A stretch of 64,000 bases of DNA, taken from Octopus vulgaris (Eukaryota). Below are positions 51,334-64,000 of the stretch, piece after piece. The translations under genes were made by a program, and so were the position numbers. The notes beneath the pieces are model-generated. The model was not told the origin of the DNA. It was given only the letters and a program-made list of their open reading frames with translations, and searched no databases. The stretch spans positions 16,244,001-16,308,000 of the forward strand of contig OX597827.1 of assembly GCA_951406725.2 (NCBI GenBank), in the 5' to 3' direction. Within the stretch, counting starts at the first letter, position 1. Every line of letters begins with the position of its first letter.

Positions 51334-51416
<83 letters not shown>

Positions 51417-51639
51417 GTATGAGTTGATGGTGGTATTGTGCGAAGAATAAAGTCTACTGTCTACAGTAAAATTTATCCATCCGATGAGTTTCTTTACAAT
51501 TTCCCTCAGCACGATTCCATTCGTAAAGACTAGCCCGACCCTGTGCTTGCGTAGAATATACTTGCTCAGCGCAATGCCTAGCTAGTAGCTGGCTTGGATT
51601 TGAAACCGCGTAGTTTGGATTTGAAATACTTAGCCACAT

Positions 51640-52058
51640 AGGCGTAGGAGTGGCTGTGTGGTAAGTAGCTTGCTTACCAACCACATGGTTCCGGGTTCAG
51701 TCCCACTGCGTGGCATCTTGGGCAAGTATCTTCGGCTATAGCATCGGGCCGACCAATGCCTTGTGAGTGGATTTGGTAGACGGAAACTGAAAGAAGCCCG
51801 TCGTGTATATGTATGTATATATATATATATGTATGTGTGTATGTGTTTTTGTGTCTGTGTTTGTCCCCCTAGCATTGCTTGGCAACCGATGCTGGTGTGT
51901 TTACGTTCCCGTCACTTAGCGGTTCGGCAAAAGAGACTGATAGAATAAGTACTGGGCTTACAAAAAAATAAGTCCCGGGGTCGATTTGCTCGACTAAAGG
52001 CGGTGCTCCAGCATGGCCACAGTCAAATGACTGAAACCAGTAAAAGATTAAAAGAGTA
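51640..52058 (+). mobile_element. SINE family C
   Basis: Head aggcgtaggagtggctgtgtggtaag...ggttcagtccc, followed by cttgggcaagt. Confidence 0.85.
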
Positions 52059-52585
52059 TAGCTACCGGAAGGCAATAAAATAGACATTAAAAAAAAAAGC
52101 AACGAAAGCAACAGAAGACTACAACGACGACGACGTCGACAACAACAACAACATCAGCAACAAAAATGAGTCTTTCAATTTAGTCTTTGTGATAGCGAGG
52201 AAAATGGTAAGTATTTGAGCGAAGTCTTGTTTATTTAATCAAAATTAAGCTTTGGAAAATTGTGATTGATATCGATATAGCAGACAGTAGCCGAAGGCAG
52301 ACTTTTATGGCTATTTATTGTTTGTTTAAGAGAAAAATAAAATAGTAATTAATCACTCCGAAAAAGCCTGAACATTTCTTGGTGAGTGGACATAATTAAA
52401 TAAATATAAAATAATATAATTCAATATGAGATAAAACAAATAACATAATATATATATATATATATATATATATGATATAATATGCAATATAAAATAAATA
52501 ATATCAATTCTCAAATACCTACTGATGGATCAGCAATAATACAACTCGATTTCCAATATGCACAATAATAATAATAATAATAATA

Positions 52586-52628
<43 letters not shown>

Positions 52629-52636
52629 TAATTCTT

Positions 52637-53070
52637 TTATTGGCCACAAGGGCTGACAAAAATTATAACATAAAGGGACAAAACACAGGACGAAAGGTTA
52701 CAAAGGGTTTTGTCCGTTTGTAAAAAACCGTGTAAAAACAGTGTAACAACGAAAAACTCCCAATAGGGGGAGGCACTTCGAATGGTTCCTGGTGGAAAAA
52801 CCCATGAAAGCCACAGGAGCCTGGTCAAAAGGGGAGTAGAGAGCCCCTTTCTCCTTTTGTAACACCGTTTTAATCACAGGTGAAACCTTAGAATTGGTCC
52901 GTTCACACTGGCCATTCTTGCGACATTTATCCACCTTTCATTAAACTTGCTATCGGACAGCACTTCCCTCTCTACTCTCACCTTCCTTTTCAAGTGAAAC
53001 TTGAAAAAGTTGATGAGGCCTGGGCCAAAGAAGAAAATGTCTGACCTTAGCCCTTTCAAACGGGTCCACC
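52637..53070 (-). mobile_element. Probable LINE (L1/Tx1-like) 3' end with (ATA)n tail
   Basis: The ORF-end fragment KGLRSDIFF...FFKFHLKRKVRVEREVLS...FNERW is followed by a short UTR and a simple-repeat tail. Confidence 0.45.
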
Positions 53071-53071
53071 A

Positions 53072-53142
<71 letters not shown>

Positions 53143-53184
53143 GTACTACTACTACTAATGATAATAATAATAATAATAATAATA

Positions 53185-53762
53185 ATCCTTTCTACTATAG
53201 GCACAAGACCTAAATTTGGGAGATTGGAGATAGCCGATTACATCGACTGGTACATATTTTATCGACCTCGAAGGGATGAAAAGCAAAAGCCGACCTCAAC
53301 GGAATTTGAACTCAGAATGTATTTTGTCCCATGTGCGAACGATTAAAATATTGGAGATTAAGGATATAATTCTTTCTACTGTAGGCACAAGGCCTGGAAT
53401 TTTGTAGGAGTCGGTGAGTAGATTACATCGACCCCAGTCATCGACTGATATTTATTTTATCGACCGCGAAAGGATGGAAGGAAAGCCGACCTCAGCGGAG
53501 TTGAAACGCAAAACGTAAAGCTGAAAAATAACGCGAAACATTTTGTTTGGTGTGTTAATAATTCTGCCAGCTCGTTGCTTGAATAATAATAATAATTCAT
53601 TCTAAATTTTGGCACAAGACCAGCCATTTTGAGGAGATAGAAAAGTCGATAATATCGATCCTAATGCTCACCTGGTATTTATTTTATCGACCCCGAAAGG
53701 ATGAAAGGCGAAGTCAACCGCGGCGGAATTTGAACTCAGAACGTAAAGACGGACGAAATACC
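53185..53762 (-). mobile_element. Three diverged SINE A copies
   Basis: Repeated tttatcgaccccgaaaggatgaaaggc...gaatttgaactcagaacg. Confidence 0.8.
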
Positions 53763-54420
53763 ACACATTTTTTATATGAAAATTAAACTTCCTTTTACGT
53801 TGATCAGGGTAACCTGCGTTCCTGATTTAGCTTCCAATAAATTTGCAATATATATGTATAATCTTCATGGCTGTTGATTCCAGAGTCTTCTACGACTAAC
53901 TCGTGTGTAAGTTCGATTATTTTCTGCGCGCGTAAGCGAAATTAGGGTATCGTAGTTGATCGTCTTAGCCGGTTTGTCTGTGTGTTTGCAAAGTTACTGG
54001 AAAACGGCTGAACAGATTTTCACCAAATTTGGCAGAAATACGCATTGGGTGAGTGACTCGAACTCATTAAATTTTGGCGGACGGGTGAATAAAAATAAGC
54101 AGGGGAAATAACTCTTGATGTAATTTTGATGTTGAAGTATGAATTCGTCTGAGAATATATTAAATTAAATTTTATCTTTTCTGCCCCTCCGATGCTTCTC
54201 CCAATCATCATATTTTTTTTTAATATTTAAAACCACTACTATTGCTTCGACACACTTTTATAATGTAAATTTGCTTGAATATGGCTTCACCTTCTGTAAA
54301 TGACTGATTTATTTACGGATGAGTTTGACTACGAAAGAAGGTTCAGTGAAGCTGATTGTCGTTCTTTGGAGTAAAAGTTGACATAGGAATAATTTATCTT
54401 CTTACAATATTTTTCACTCA

Positions 54421-55255
54421 AAGGCGGCGAGCAGGCAGAAACGTTAGCAGGTCGGGTGAAATGTTTAGCGGTATTTCGTCTGCCTTTTACGATTTGAGTT
54501 CAAATTCCGCCGAGGTCGACTTTGCCTTTCATCCTTTCGGGGCCGATAAATTAAGTACCAGTTACGCACTGGGGTCGATCTAATCGACATAATCCCTTTG
54601 TCTGTCCTTGTTTGTCCCCTCTATGTTTAGCCTCTTGTGGGCAAAAAAGAAATAAGAAACATTAGCACGCCGGGCGAAATGCTTAGTAGTATTTCGTCTG
54701 CCGCTACGTTGTGAGTTCAAATTCCGCCGAGGTCGACTTTGCCTTTCATCCTTTCGGGGCCGATAAATTAAGTACCAGTTACGCACTGGGGTCGATCTAA
54801 TCGACATAATCCCTTTGTCTGTCCTTGTTTGTCCCCTCTATGTTTAGCCTCTTGTGGGCAAAAAAGAAATAAGAAACATTAGCACGCCGGGCGAAATGCT
54901 TAGTAGTATTTCGTCTGCCGCTACGTTGTGAGTTCAAATTCCGCCGAGGTCGACTTTGCCTTTCATCCTTTCGGGGTCGATTAAATAAGTACCAGTTACG
55001 CACTGGGGTCGATATAATCGACTTAAGCCTTTGTCTGTCCTTGTTTGTCCTCTCTGTGTTTAGCCCCTTGTGGGTAGTAAAGATATAGGTATTTCGTCTG
55101 TCTTTACGTTCTGAGTTCAAATTCCGCCGAGGTCGACTTTGCCTTTCATCCTTTCGGAATTGATAAATTAAGTACTAGTTGCGTACTGGGGTCAATCTAA
55201 TCGACTGGGCCCTTCTCCCAAAATTTCGGGTCTTGTACCTAGAGCAGAAAAGAAT
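54421..55255 (+). repeat. Tandem array of SINE A units (217-bp period for two near-identical units)
   Basis: 54494-54710 is repeated at 54711-54927, followed by further variant units. Confidence 0.85.
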
Positions 55256-55749
55256 ATTTTTCAATCACTATCTGCTTCCTTTTTGATATCATCTCACCCG
55301 AGATCGCTCCTGTGCCATAAAAGATTCTAAAATTTAAACTTTCCTTCAAAATTCCCTGTTAATTTATATTGCATTTGTTCTGGGGCTGTGTGGCCCATTG
55401 CCCTCTTCCCCTCTATCTTCTGCTGATTAAATCCCTTTCCCCCATTTTTTTTTTCTTTTTCTATTTCTTTGTTTCTTTGTATTCTTTACAGACGAGTAAA
55501 GTTATGCTTTATTAAGTTCTTCATTATTTTAAAAATTAACTGAAACAAAGGCACTGTATTTCAACAGAAATGTCCTAATAAAGGTGTTTTAAAAACTAGG
55601 GTCATTCGGAAACTGAGGATGTTTTTGAGAATTTTCAACATGGCAGGGTTGAAATTTGAGTTTATAAGGTGTTGACAACAAATATACACAACCTCGTTTA
55701 TTCATTCCTGTATTCGTTCGTTCATTTCGTTCCTTTCATTCGCTTGCCC

Positions 55750-56370
55750 CCCGCCCGTCCGTCCGTCCGTCCGTCCATCCGTCCGCCCGTCCGCCCGTCC
55801 GTCCGCCCGTCCGTCCGTCCGCCCGTCCGTCCACCCGTCCGCCCGTCCGTCCGTCCATCCGTCCGCCCGTCCGTCCGCCCGTCCGTCCGTCCGCCCGTCA
55901 GTCCACCCGTCCGTCCGCCCGTTCGTCCGCCCGTCAGTCCGTCCGTCCGTCCGTCCGCCCGTCCGTCCGTCCGTCCGTCCGTCCGTCCGTCCGTCCGTCC
56001 GCCCGTCCGCCCGTTCGTCCGTCCGTCCGTCCGCCCGTTCGTCCGCCCGTCCGCCCGTTCGTCCGCCCGTCCGTCCGCCCGTCCGTCCGCCCGTCCGTCC
56101 GCCCGCCCGCCCGTCCGTCCGTCCGTCCGTCCGTCCGTCCGTCCGTCCGCCCGTCCGTCCACCCGTCCGCCCGTCCGTCCACCCGTCCGCCCGTCCGTCC
56201 GCACGTCCGCCCGTCCGTCCGTCCGTCCGTCCGTCCGTCCGTCCACCCGTCCGCCCGTCCGTCCGCACGTCCGCCCGTCAGTCCGTCCGTCCGTCTGTCC
56301 GTCCGTCCGCCCGCCCGTCCACCCGTCCGCCCGTCAGTCTGTCCGTCCGTCCGTCTGCCCGTCCGTCCGT
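55750..56370 (+). repeat. GC-rich (CCGT/CCGC)n tetranucleotide tract
   Basis: Direct inspection. Confidence 0.95.
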
Positions 56371-56648
56371 TTGTTCTGTTCTTCCGTCCGCTTGTCAGTC
56401 TCTCCGTTCGTTCTTTCGTCTCTCCTTTATCCGTTTCTCCGCTCATTCTAGCGCCTGTGAGTCTCTCCGTCCGTCAGTCCGTTCGTCCTTTCCTCCCACC
56501 CCGTCCTTCAGTAAGTTCTTTCATCCGTTCGTCTTTTCATTTATCCGTTCCTACGTTCGTTCTAGCGTCTGTCCGTCGGTTCCTTCTTTCGTTTGTGTGT
56601 TCGTTACTTCGTTTACTCGTTCGTTTGTCAGCCCGTCTGCCCATTCTC

Positions 56649-56680
<32 letters not shown>

Positions 56681-56684
56681 TTAA

Positions 56685-57450
56685 AATTTTGGCAAAAGGC
56701 TAACAATTTCGGGGAAGTGGGTAATTCAATTGCATCGGTCCCGGAACTTATTTTTTCGCCCCCGAAAGGCTGAAAGGCAAAGTCGACTTCGGCGGAATTT
56801 GAAACCAGAAACTAAAGTCGGAAGAAATTTAGCTAAACATTTTGCTCAGGGTAGCAACGAATCTGTCATCTCTCCGCCATCGTAATAAAAGTAATATTCT
56901 TTTCTACTCTAGGCACAAGAAATTTTGGGGGAGGGGGGAGTCGATTAGATCGACCCCAGTACGCAACGGGTACTTTATTTATCAACTCCAAAAGGATGAA
57001 AGGCAAAGTCGACCTCGGCGGAATTTGAACTCAGAACGTAACGGCAGACGAAATACCTATTTCTTTACTACCCACAAGTGTCTAAACACAGCGGGGACAA
57101 ACAAGGACAAACAAACGGATTAAGTCGATTATATCGACCCCAGTGCATAACTGGTACTTAATTTATCGACCCCGAAAGGATGAAAGGCAAAGTCAACTTC
57201 AGCGGAAATTTGAACTCAGAATGCAACGGCAGACGAAATACAAACAAAGAGGGGACAAACAAGGACAGACAAACGGATTAAGTCGATTAGATCGACCCCA
57301 GTGCGTAACTGGTACTTCATTTATCGACCCCGAAAGGATGAAAGGCAAAGTCGATCTCGGCGGAATTTGAACTCAGAACGTAACGGCTGCTGAAATACCG
57401 CTAAGCATTTCGCCCGGCGTGCTAACGTTTCTGCCAGCTCGCCGCCTTAT
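56685..57450 (-). repeat. Tandem SINE A copies
   Basis: Reverse complement of the 54421-55255 type array. Confidence 0.8.
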
Positions 57451-58002
57451 TTACTGAAATATACTGTCATCTCAATGCAAGCTATTCACATAATTGACCA
57501 ATCTACATGGTGTAAACTATAAAGAAGGTTCGATTTTTCGTTGAGGAAACATGCAAAATTTTGAAAAAAATTTTGAAAAAAATTTTGAAAAAAAAAAAAA
57601 AAGTTTTTCATACTGTCTTAGTTTAGCAAAAACGAATTTCAATCACTTTTAAGAAAAGAAAAGAAAAGAAAAAAAGAAACTTCTTTGAAACTAGAAAATT
57701 AGCGACTTACTGTATTTTAAAGTTTAGTACAATTAAAACATAACTTGTTTGATCATCTAAAATATGGTGATGCAAGTTAATTAAGAAAGTTAATAGAAAC
57801 AAACAAAATGATTTATTTTTTGCGAGCAGATTTCAAACGGCTCTGTCTCATTATCATTATTTAAACTTGAAAACGCAGCGAGTTCGCAGAATCGTTAGCA
57901 CGCCGGACAAAATACTTCGTAGCGTTTTTTCCGGCTTTACTTTCTGAGTTCTAATGCCGCCAAGGTTGATGTTGCTTTTCATACTTTTGGTGATCGATAA
58001 AA

Positions 58003-58430
58003 TAATAATAATAATAATAATTGTGTACAGTGCTCAGGTGCACTACAACTCATCTAAAGTGTATATATAATCAGGTGTAGTTTCGACGGATTTCGGAAAA
58101 CATGAGGGCCTTAAAGGATGCAGTGTCATGGCAGTCAACAACTGACGCAGGCAGTTTGTTCCATGCTTCAGCAACTCTGAGCGTGAAAAAATGTTTCCGA
58201 AAGTCATGGGAGCTGTGTTGTTTTCTGACTTTGTAGGCATGTCCACGTGTGTTAGACACATGGAGATCAAAAAGGTGTTCAGTGTTGTTGTTGGTGAGGT
58301 GGTTGATAACTTTGTGGGTGTTTACCAAGTCCGTCGCCAGACGCCGGAGCTTCAGAGAATCCATGCCCAGGGAAACAAGGCGCTCAGAATATGGTAGGTG
58401 TCTGATGGAGGGTATGCGTTTGGTTGCACG
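58003..58430 (-). mobile_element. CR1/L2-type LINE 3' end (ORF2 C-terminus and (TTA)n tail)
   Basis: SLKLRRLATDL...TRGHAYKV...RKHFFTLRVAEAWNKLP..VV...SFK. Confidence 0.88.
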
Positions 58431-58579
58431 TACCAGTCAAGCTCTGGGTCGATATAAGCAAAAGCACACTTGATAATGCAGTAGAAACTCGCAAAGAATT
58501 CTTGAAAATATGATGCCAATAATCAAATAATTCTTGCTAATTTTGGTCAGCAAATTTAAGGGAAAGGTAAAGGGAAAGT

Positions 58580-59748
58580 CAGTTTGAACTCAGAACGTAA
58601 AGAACCGGAAGAAATGACGCTCAGCATTTTGTTCGAGGCATTAACAACCCTGTTAGCTTGCCACCTTATTAAAAAAATCAGGTAATCCTTTCTACTATTG
58701 GCAGAATTTTGCAGGGAGAAGCTAGTCGATTACATCGACCACAGTGCTCCACTGGTACTTATTTTATCAATCCCGAAAGAATGAAAGGCAAAGTCGGCCT
58801 CGGCGGAATTCGAACTCAGAACTCAAAGTGTCGGAAGAGTCGAAATGCCGCTATGTATTTCATCCGGCATGCTAACAGTTCTGCCGCTATACAAAACTCA
58901 AACAACGGTTTCAAATTTTGGTACAAGGCCAGCAATTTCAGGGTAGGGGATAAGTCGATTACATCTACCCCAGTATTCAACAGGTACTTGTTTTGTCGAC
59001 CCTTAAAGGATGAAAAGTAAAGTCGACCTCGGAAGAATTTGAACTTAGAACGTAAAGACAGACGAAATGCCGCAAAGTATTTTGCCAGGCGTGCTGGCGA
59101 TTCTGTCAGATCCCCGCCTTGACCACAACTAATATAATAGTTTCACATTTTGACCGAAGGCCAGCTATTTCAGAAGTGGAGTAAGTCGATTACATCGACT
59201 CAGTGACCAATTGATACTTATTTTGTTGATCCCAAATGGATGAAAAGTAAAGTCGACCTCGACAGAATTTGAACTCAGAACATTAAGACAGATGAAATGC
59301 CGCTAAGCATTTTGCCCGGCTTGCTAGCGATTCTGCCAGCAAATTATGGTTTTAAATTTTGGTACAGGGCTAGTAGTTTATTTATTTATTTTTTTTTCAA
59401 GGAATGAGTAACGATTACATCGACTTGACTAGAACTTGTTTTATCGACCCTGAAAGGATGAAAGACAAAGTCATCCTTGGCGGAATTTGAACTCAGAACG
59501 TAAAGACGAAAGAAAAATACCACTATGCATTTTTACCGGTGTATTTACGAATCTACCATGTTACCGTCTTCACGTAATCCTTTCTACTAAAGGCACAAAG
59601 CCGGAAATTTGTGGGTAGGGGACTAGTTGATTAGGGGACACCGACACCAGTGTTTAACTGGCACTTATTTTATCGACCCCAAAAGGATGAAAAGCAAAAA
59701 CGACGTCGGTAGAATTTGAATTCAGAATATAAAAATGGAGGAAATGCC
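58580..59748 (-). mobile_element. Cluster of old SINE A copies
   Basis: About six diverged copies of the SINE A core in the same orientation. Confidence 0.75.
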
Positions 59749-60173
59749 GGATCTTTTCGGTTTGAACGGCAGTTTTTTCTAGCGGTGTCATATGAAATTG
59801 TCACCCATAATTATGACCCTAGTATCGATCTATTGCATTTCAATCTGTTTTAGGGTTAGGGTTAAGGTAGGGGAGAAAGGTATCTTTTTTTCTTCACAGA
59901 TGTAAATAAACCCAATCTGTTTCTTAACCGAGGGACATATTCATACGACACAAAATGTTTTTTTTTACCTCAATAGACGTCATTGATTGGTTGAAATTGT
60001 TGAAATTGAAGAAAAAAAAAAACAACAAATATCTTACAAACTATAGAATTTTCTCAATATATTCAAGAGAAAAAGATGTTTTATAAACACATTCTACCAG
60101 TATACGAAGTTAAAAATCTTTTAGTTACGTGGAAATTATTTAAAAAAAACTGCCGTTCAAACCGAAAAGATAC
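59749..60173. mobile_element. Merlin-like MITE copy (TSD not preserved)
   Basis: Both TIRs are present; the flanks do not match. Confidence 0.85.
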
Positions 60174-60682
60174 GATGATTACGAATCTTCTAGCTCACAC
60201 TCATCGCAATAATCAAATAATAAAAATATTTATTGCTGTTATTGTTGCTGGGTGTTATATGCGTTGAAGATGCCCTTATTTACAATTGATACAATATTTG
60301 TTTTCCAGAAACGTTGGTTTGATTTTATGACGCTTATCTATTTCGTTATTTGTGTTATCAGCTCTCAAGGAAGAGAGGTGATAGCCGGGTTGCTGCAACA
60401 TCCTTGTTATTTAGCGGGAGAATCACGTTGTTATTTGTTATTTGTTTCGACCACGAAACTAGGGATGCGCGCTCTCACACACACACACACACACAGACTC
60501 GCACTTCACACATACGTGTGCACACATACATACATACATACATACATACATACACACACACGCGCGTGCACACGTATGCATACACGCACGTATTTAATAT
60601 TCAATATCGCTGCAACAATGATAGCAGAGCGGAATTGAAGGTATTTTTTTAAGAATAAAACTGATAATCGTCTTCAGCTCTC

Positions 60683-60834
<152 letters not shown>

Positions 60835-60909
60835 GGGGGGAGGTTGGCTGAAAAAAAAAAGAAAACCCATTGTCATTTAAACAACTGTATCAATAAAGGG
60901 AATAGCTAT

Positions 60910-61187
60910 ACCACCATTACCACAACCACCATAACCACCACTATCATAACAATCACTGCTACCATCACCACCACCACCACCACCACCACCACCACCACCA
61001 CCACCACCATCACCCTCGCTACCACCACCATTAGCGCCAACAGCAACAACTCATAATCGCCGCCATTAATATTACCACCCTTACCACAATCACCACGATT
61101 ACACCATCATCACCATCAATACAGCGACGACGACGATCACCAAACCCCAAAACCACCACCACCACCACCACCACCACCAGCACCAGC

Positions 61188-61218
<31 letters not shown>

Positions 61219-61349
61219 CCACCACCATCACCAGCACCAGCACCACCACCACCAACACCACCACCAGCACCACCACCAGCACCACCACCAACACCACCAC
61301 CAGCACCACCACCAGCACCAGCACCAGCACCACCAGCACCACCACCAGC

Positions 61350-61380
<31 letters not shown>

Positions 61381-61449
61381 CCACCACCACCACCACCACC
61401 ACCACCAGCACCCACCAGCACCAGCACCAGCACCAGCACCAGCACCAGC

Positions 61450-61480
<31 letters not shown>

Positions 61481-61750
61481 CCACCACCACCACCACCATC
61501 AGCACCGCTAGCAACAACAGCAACAACTCAACAAAATTAAACAAGAACAATAATTTACAGTAGCAACAACAGTAACAACAACAACAAGAATAATAATGGC
61601 AGCAACACAAACAAGAAAAAAAAGCTGCATAAAAAAGAAGAGCAAAAATACAAAAAAACAAAACAAGAACAAGAAAGAAAGCTGCAACAACACCAGCAAC
61701 AATAACAACGACAACAACAACAACAACAACAGCAACAACAACAACATGGA
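60910..61750 (+). repeat. (ACC/AGC)n and (AAC)n trinucleotide tracts
   Basis: Direct inspection. Confidence 0.9.
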
Positions 61751-62120
61751 CAATAACGCTAAAGGGTATCAGCGACCAAAAAAGGAAGAGAAAAGAAAAT
61801 GAGAATCTTACTTTCACTTTCATATTTAAGGAGAAGAATGGAACAGTATTTACGTCGACTGCAACAACTTGAGAATATAACACAAGCTAGGCTTGGAATA
61901 CATACATACATACATACATACATACATACATACACACATACATACATACATACATAATACTTACATACATACACACATACATACATACATACATATATAC
62001 ATACATAACTACATACATATATACATATATACATACATACATACATACATACTTACATACATACACACATACATACATACATACATACATACTTACATAC
62101 ATACATACATACATACATAC

Positions 62121-62151
<31 letters not shown>

Positions 62152-62200
62152 CTTACATACATACTTACATACACACATACATACTTACATACATACATAC

Positions 62201-62231
<31 letters not shown>

Positions 62232-62542
62232 CATACATACATACATACATACATACTTACATACATACATACATACATACTTACATACATACATACATAC
62301 ACACACATACATACATACATACATACATACACACACATACATATACATACATACATACATACATACATACACACACACATACATACATACATACATACAT
62401 AATACATACATACATATATAACAAAATAATAAATAAAACATATGCATATATACATATATGTACGTACCCACATCTATATGTATATATACATGCATATATG
62501 GGTACAGGACACCCCCCCAAAAAAAACGTCGAACACAATGAG

Positions 62543-62593
<51 letters not shown>

Positions 62594-62906
62594 GTGGAGG
62601 CGCAATAGCCCAGTGGTTGGGGCAGCGGACTCGCGGTCATAGGATCGCGGCTTCGATTCCCAGACCGGGCGTTGTGAGTGTTTATGGAGCGAAAACACCT
62701 AAAGCTCCACGAGGCTCCGGCAGGGGGTAGTGGCGATCTCTACTGTACTTTTTCGCCAGAAATTTCCCCCACTCTTTATTCTATTGGCCTGCTCGCTTAG
62801 CCAGCCGAGTGGCGTCATTTGAAGGCTAAAACAATGCGAAGTGCATTGTGACCAGCGATGTGTAGCAACATCTGATAGCCTGGTCGGTCACGGTGATCAC
62901 GGTGAT
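62594..62906 (+). mobile_element. SINE family B, tail type 1
   Basis: Homologous to 14349-14660. Confidence 0.85.
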
Positions 62907-64000
62907 ATATACATACATACATGCATACATACATATATATATATATGCATAGAGCGTCGATATATATATATATATATAGAAATGAGTTGCGACGTCACTG
63001 GTGCCAAGCTGTATCGACCTTTGTCTTTCCCTTGGATAACACTGGTGGCGTGGAGAGGGGAGGCTGGTATGCATGGGCGACTGCTGGTTTTCCATAAACA
63101 ACCTTGCCCGGACTTGTGTCTAGGAGGGTAACTTTCTAGGTGCAATCCCATGGTCATTCATGACCGAAAGGGGTCTTTACCCTTTATATATACTACATAT
63201 GTGGGAAATTCTGTCTGTGGGTGTGTTTGTGGAGTTGTTAGCTAACTCCTCCTACATAGCTTTATCGACTTTGATGAAACTTGACACGTGAGTAAAACTC
63301 ATGTCTGGTAATCTCATGGCGTACTCAGATTGTTGTAAAAATCGATAATAGGGCCCCTGGAAGGGATCCTTATATATATATATCTAATATATTTCATTTT
63401 AACAACCAAGAGAAATAGCCAGTTCACCCAGATTTTAACAGCCAAGGGAAATAACCCATACATTTTCCTAAATCATTTGGTATAAATCAAATTGAGTATG
63501 CTTATTTCTTAGTATTTGAACTGTTAGAGTTATTTTCGCAATTTATCCAGTACAACTCTTAAACAAATAGATAGTATTTTTCTAAACAATAGATCCACTT
63601 ACTTCGGTTAATGACTTATTCACGAATATACTAACACTAGCGCGCTGAGGGTAATATTCTCTGGGAACACACTAAAGCCCTTTTCAGAGTTATTTACTTT
63701 GAATTGTTATTATCTCATTTCTGATTTGTCTGTTATTACGTAACATGCTTCACGATTTTGGTATACATACCATATTGGTATTTCTTCCTAAGTTCTATAT
63801 ACTCTGGGAACGCATTAAATACCTTTTCGGCGATACTTTATTTGAATTCTTACTATCGGGTAACTAATTTCATGTTATTACATAACTGACTTCACAATTT
63901 GGGTATTCATGACTTATTGGGAATTCCTAAAACAAGACCCTGCGTAAGATAGTTCGGTTTTCTCTGTAAATGCACAAAAACCATTATTAGGGCTATATAC

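Noticed and set aside
52080-52212. Possible first exon ending ATG|gtaagt
   Set aside because: It has a good donor-like motif, but no downstream coding exon could be identified. Unsupported without RNA data.
55669-56451. Pro/Arg/Ser/Val-rich 260-aa ORF or CpG-island gene
   Set aside because: It is a (CCGT)n tetranucleotide repeat that is open on both strands.

Overview
This is an AT-rich, microsatellite-saturated animal genomic window. Its tRNA-derived SINE families and repeat landscape look like an octopus (coleoid cephalopod) genome; that is inferred from recognition, not from a database search. The only convincing host protein-coding genes are two tandem, intronless paralogues (2471-3676 and 4546-5778). 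Each encodes an N-terminal CARD/death-fold-like domain followed by an alpha/beta region resembling degenerate NACHT/STAND sub-elements with no Walker A. Their first 152 codons are almost identical and differ mostly by charge-changing substitutions, while the remaining ~250 residues are highly diverged. The rest of the window is transposon and repeat derived: Merlin-type (GG termini, 8-bp TSD) foldback/MITE elements, non-autonomous Helitrons, two Penelope-like retroelements (one decayed, one young Naiad-like copy with inverted ends carrying a hammerhead ribozyme), several hammerhead-bearing foldbacks and direct repeats, Tc1/mariner remnants, LINE 3' ends, three SINE families and large simple-repeat tracts. 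Nearly all other ORFs in the track are translations of microsatellites or repeats.
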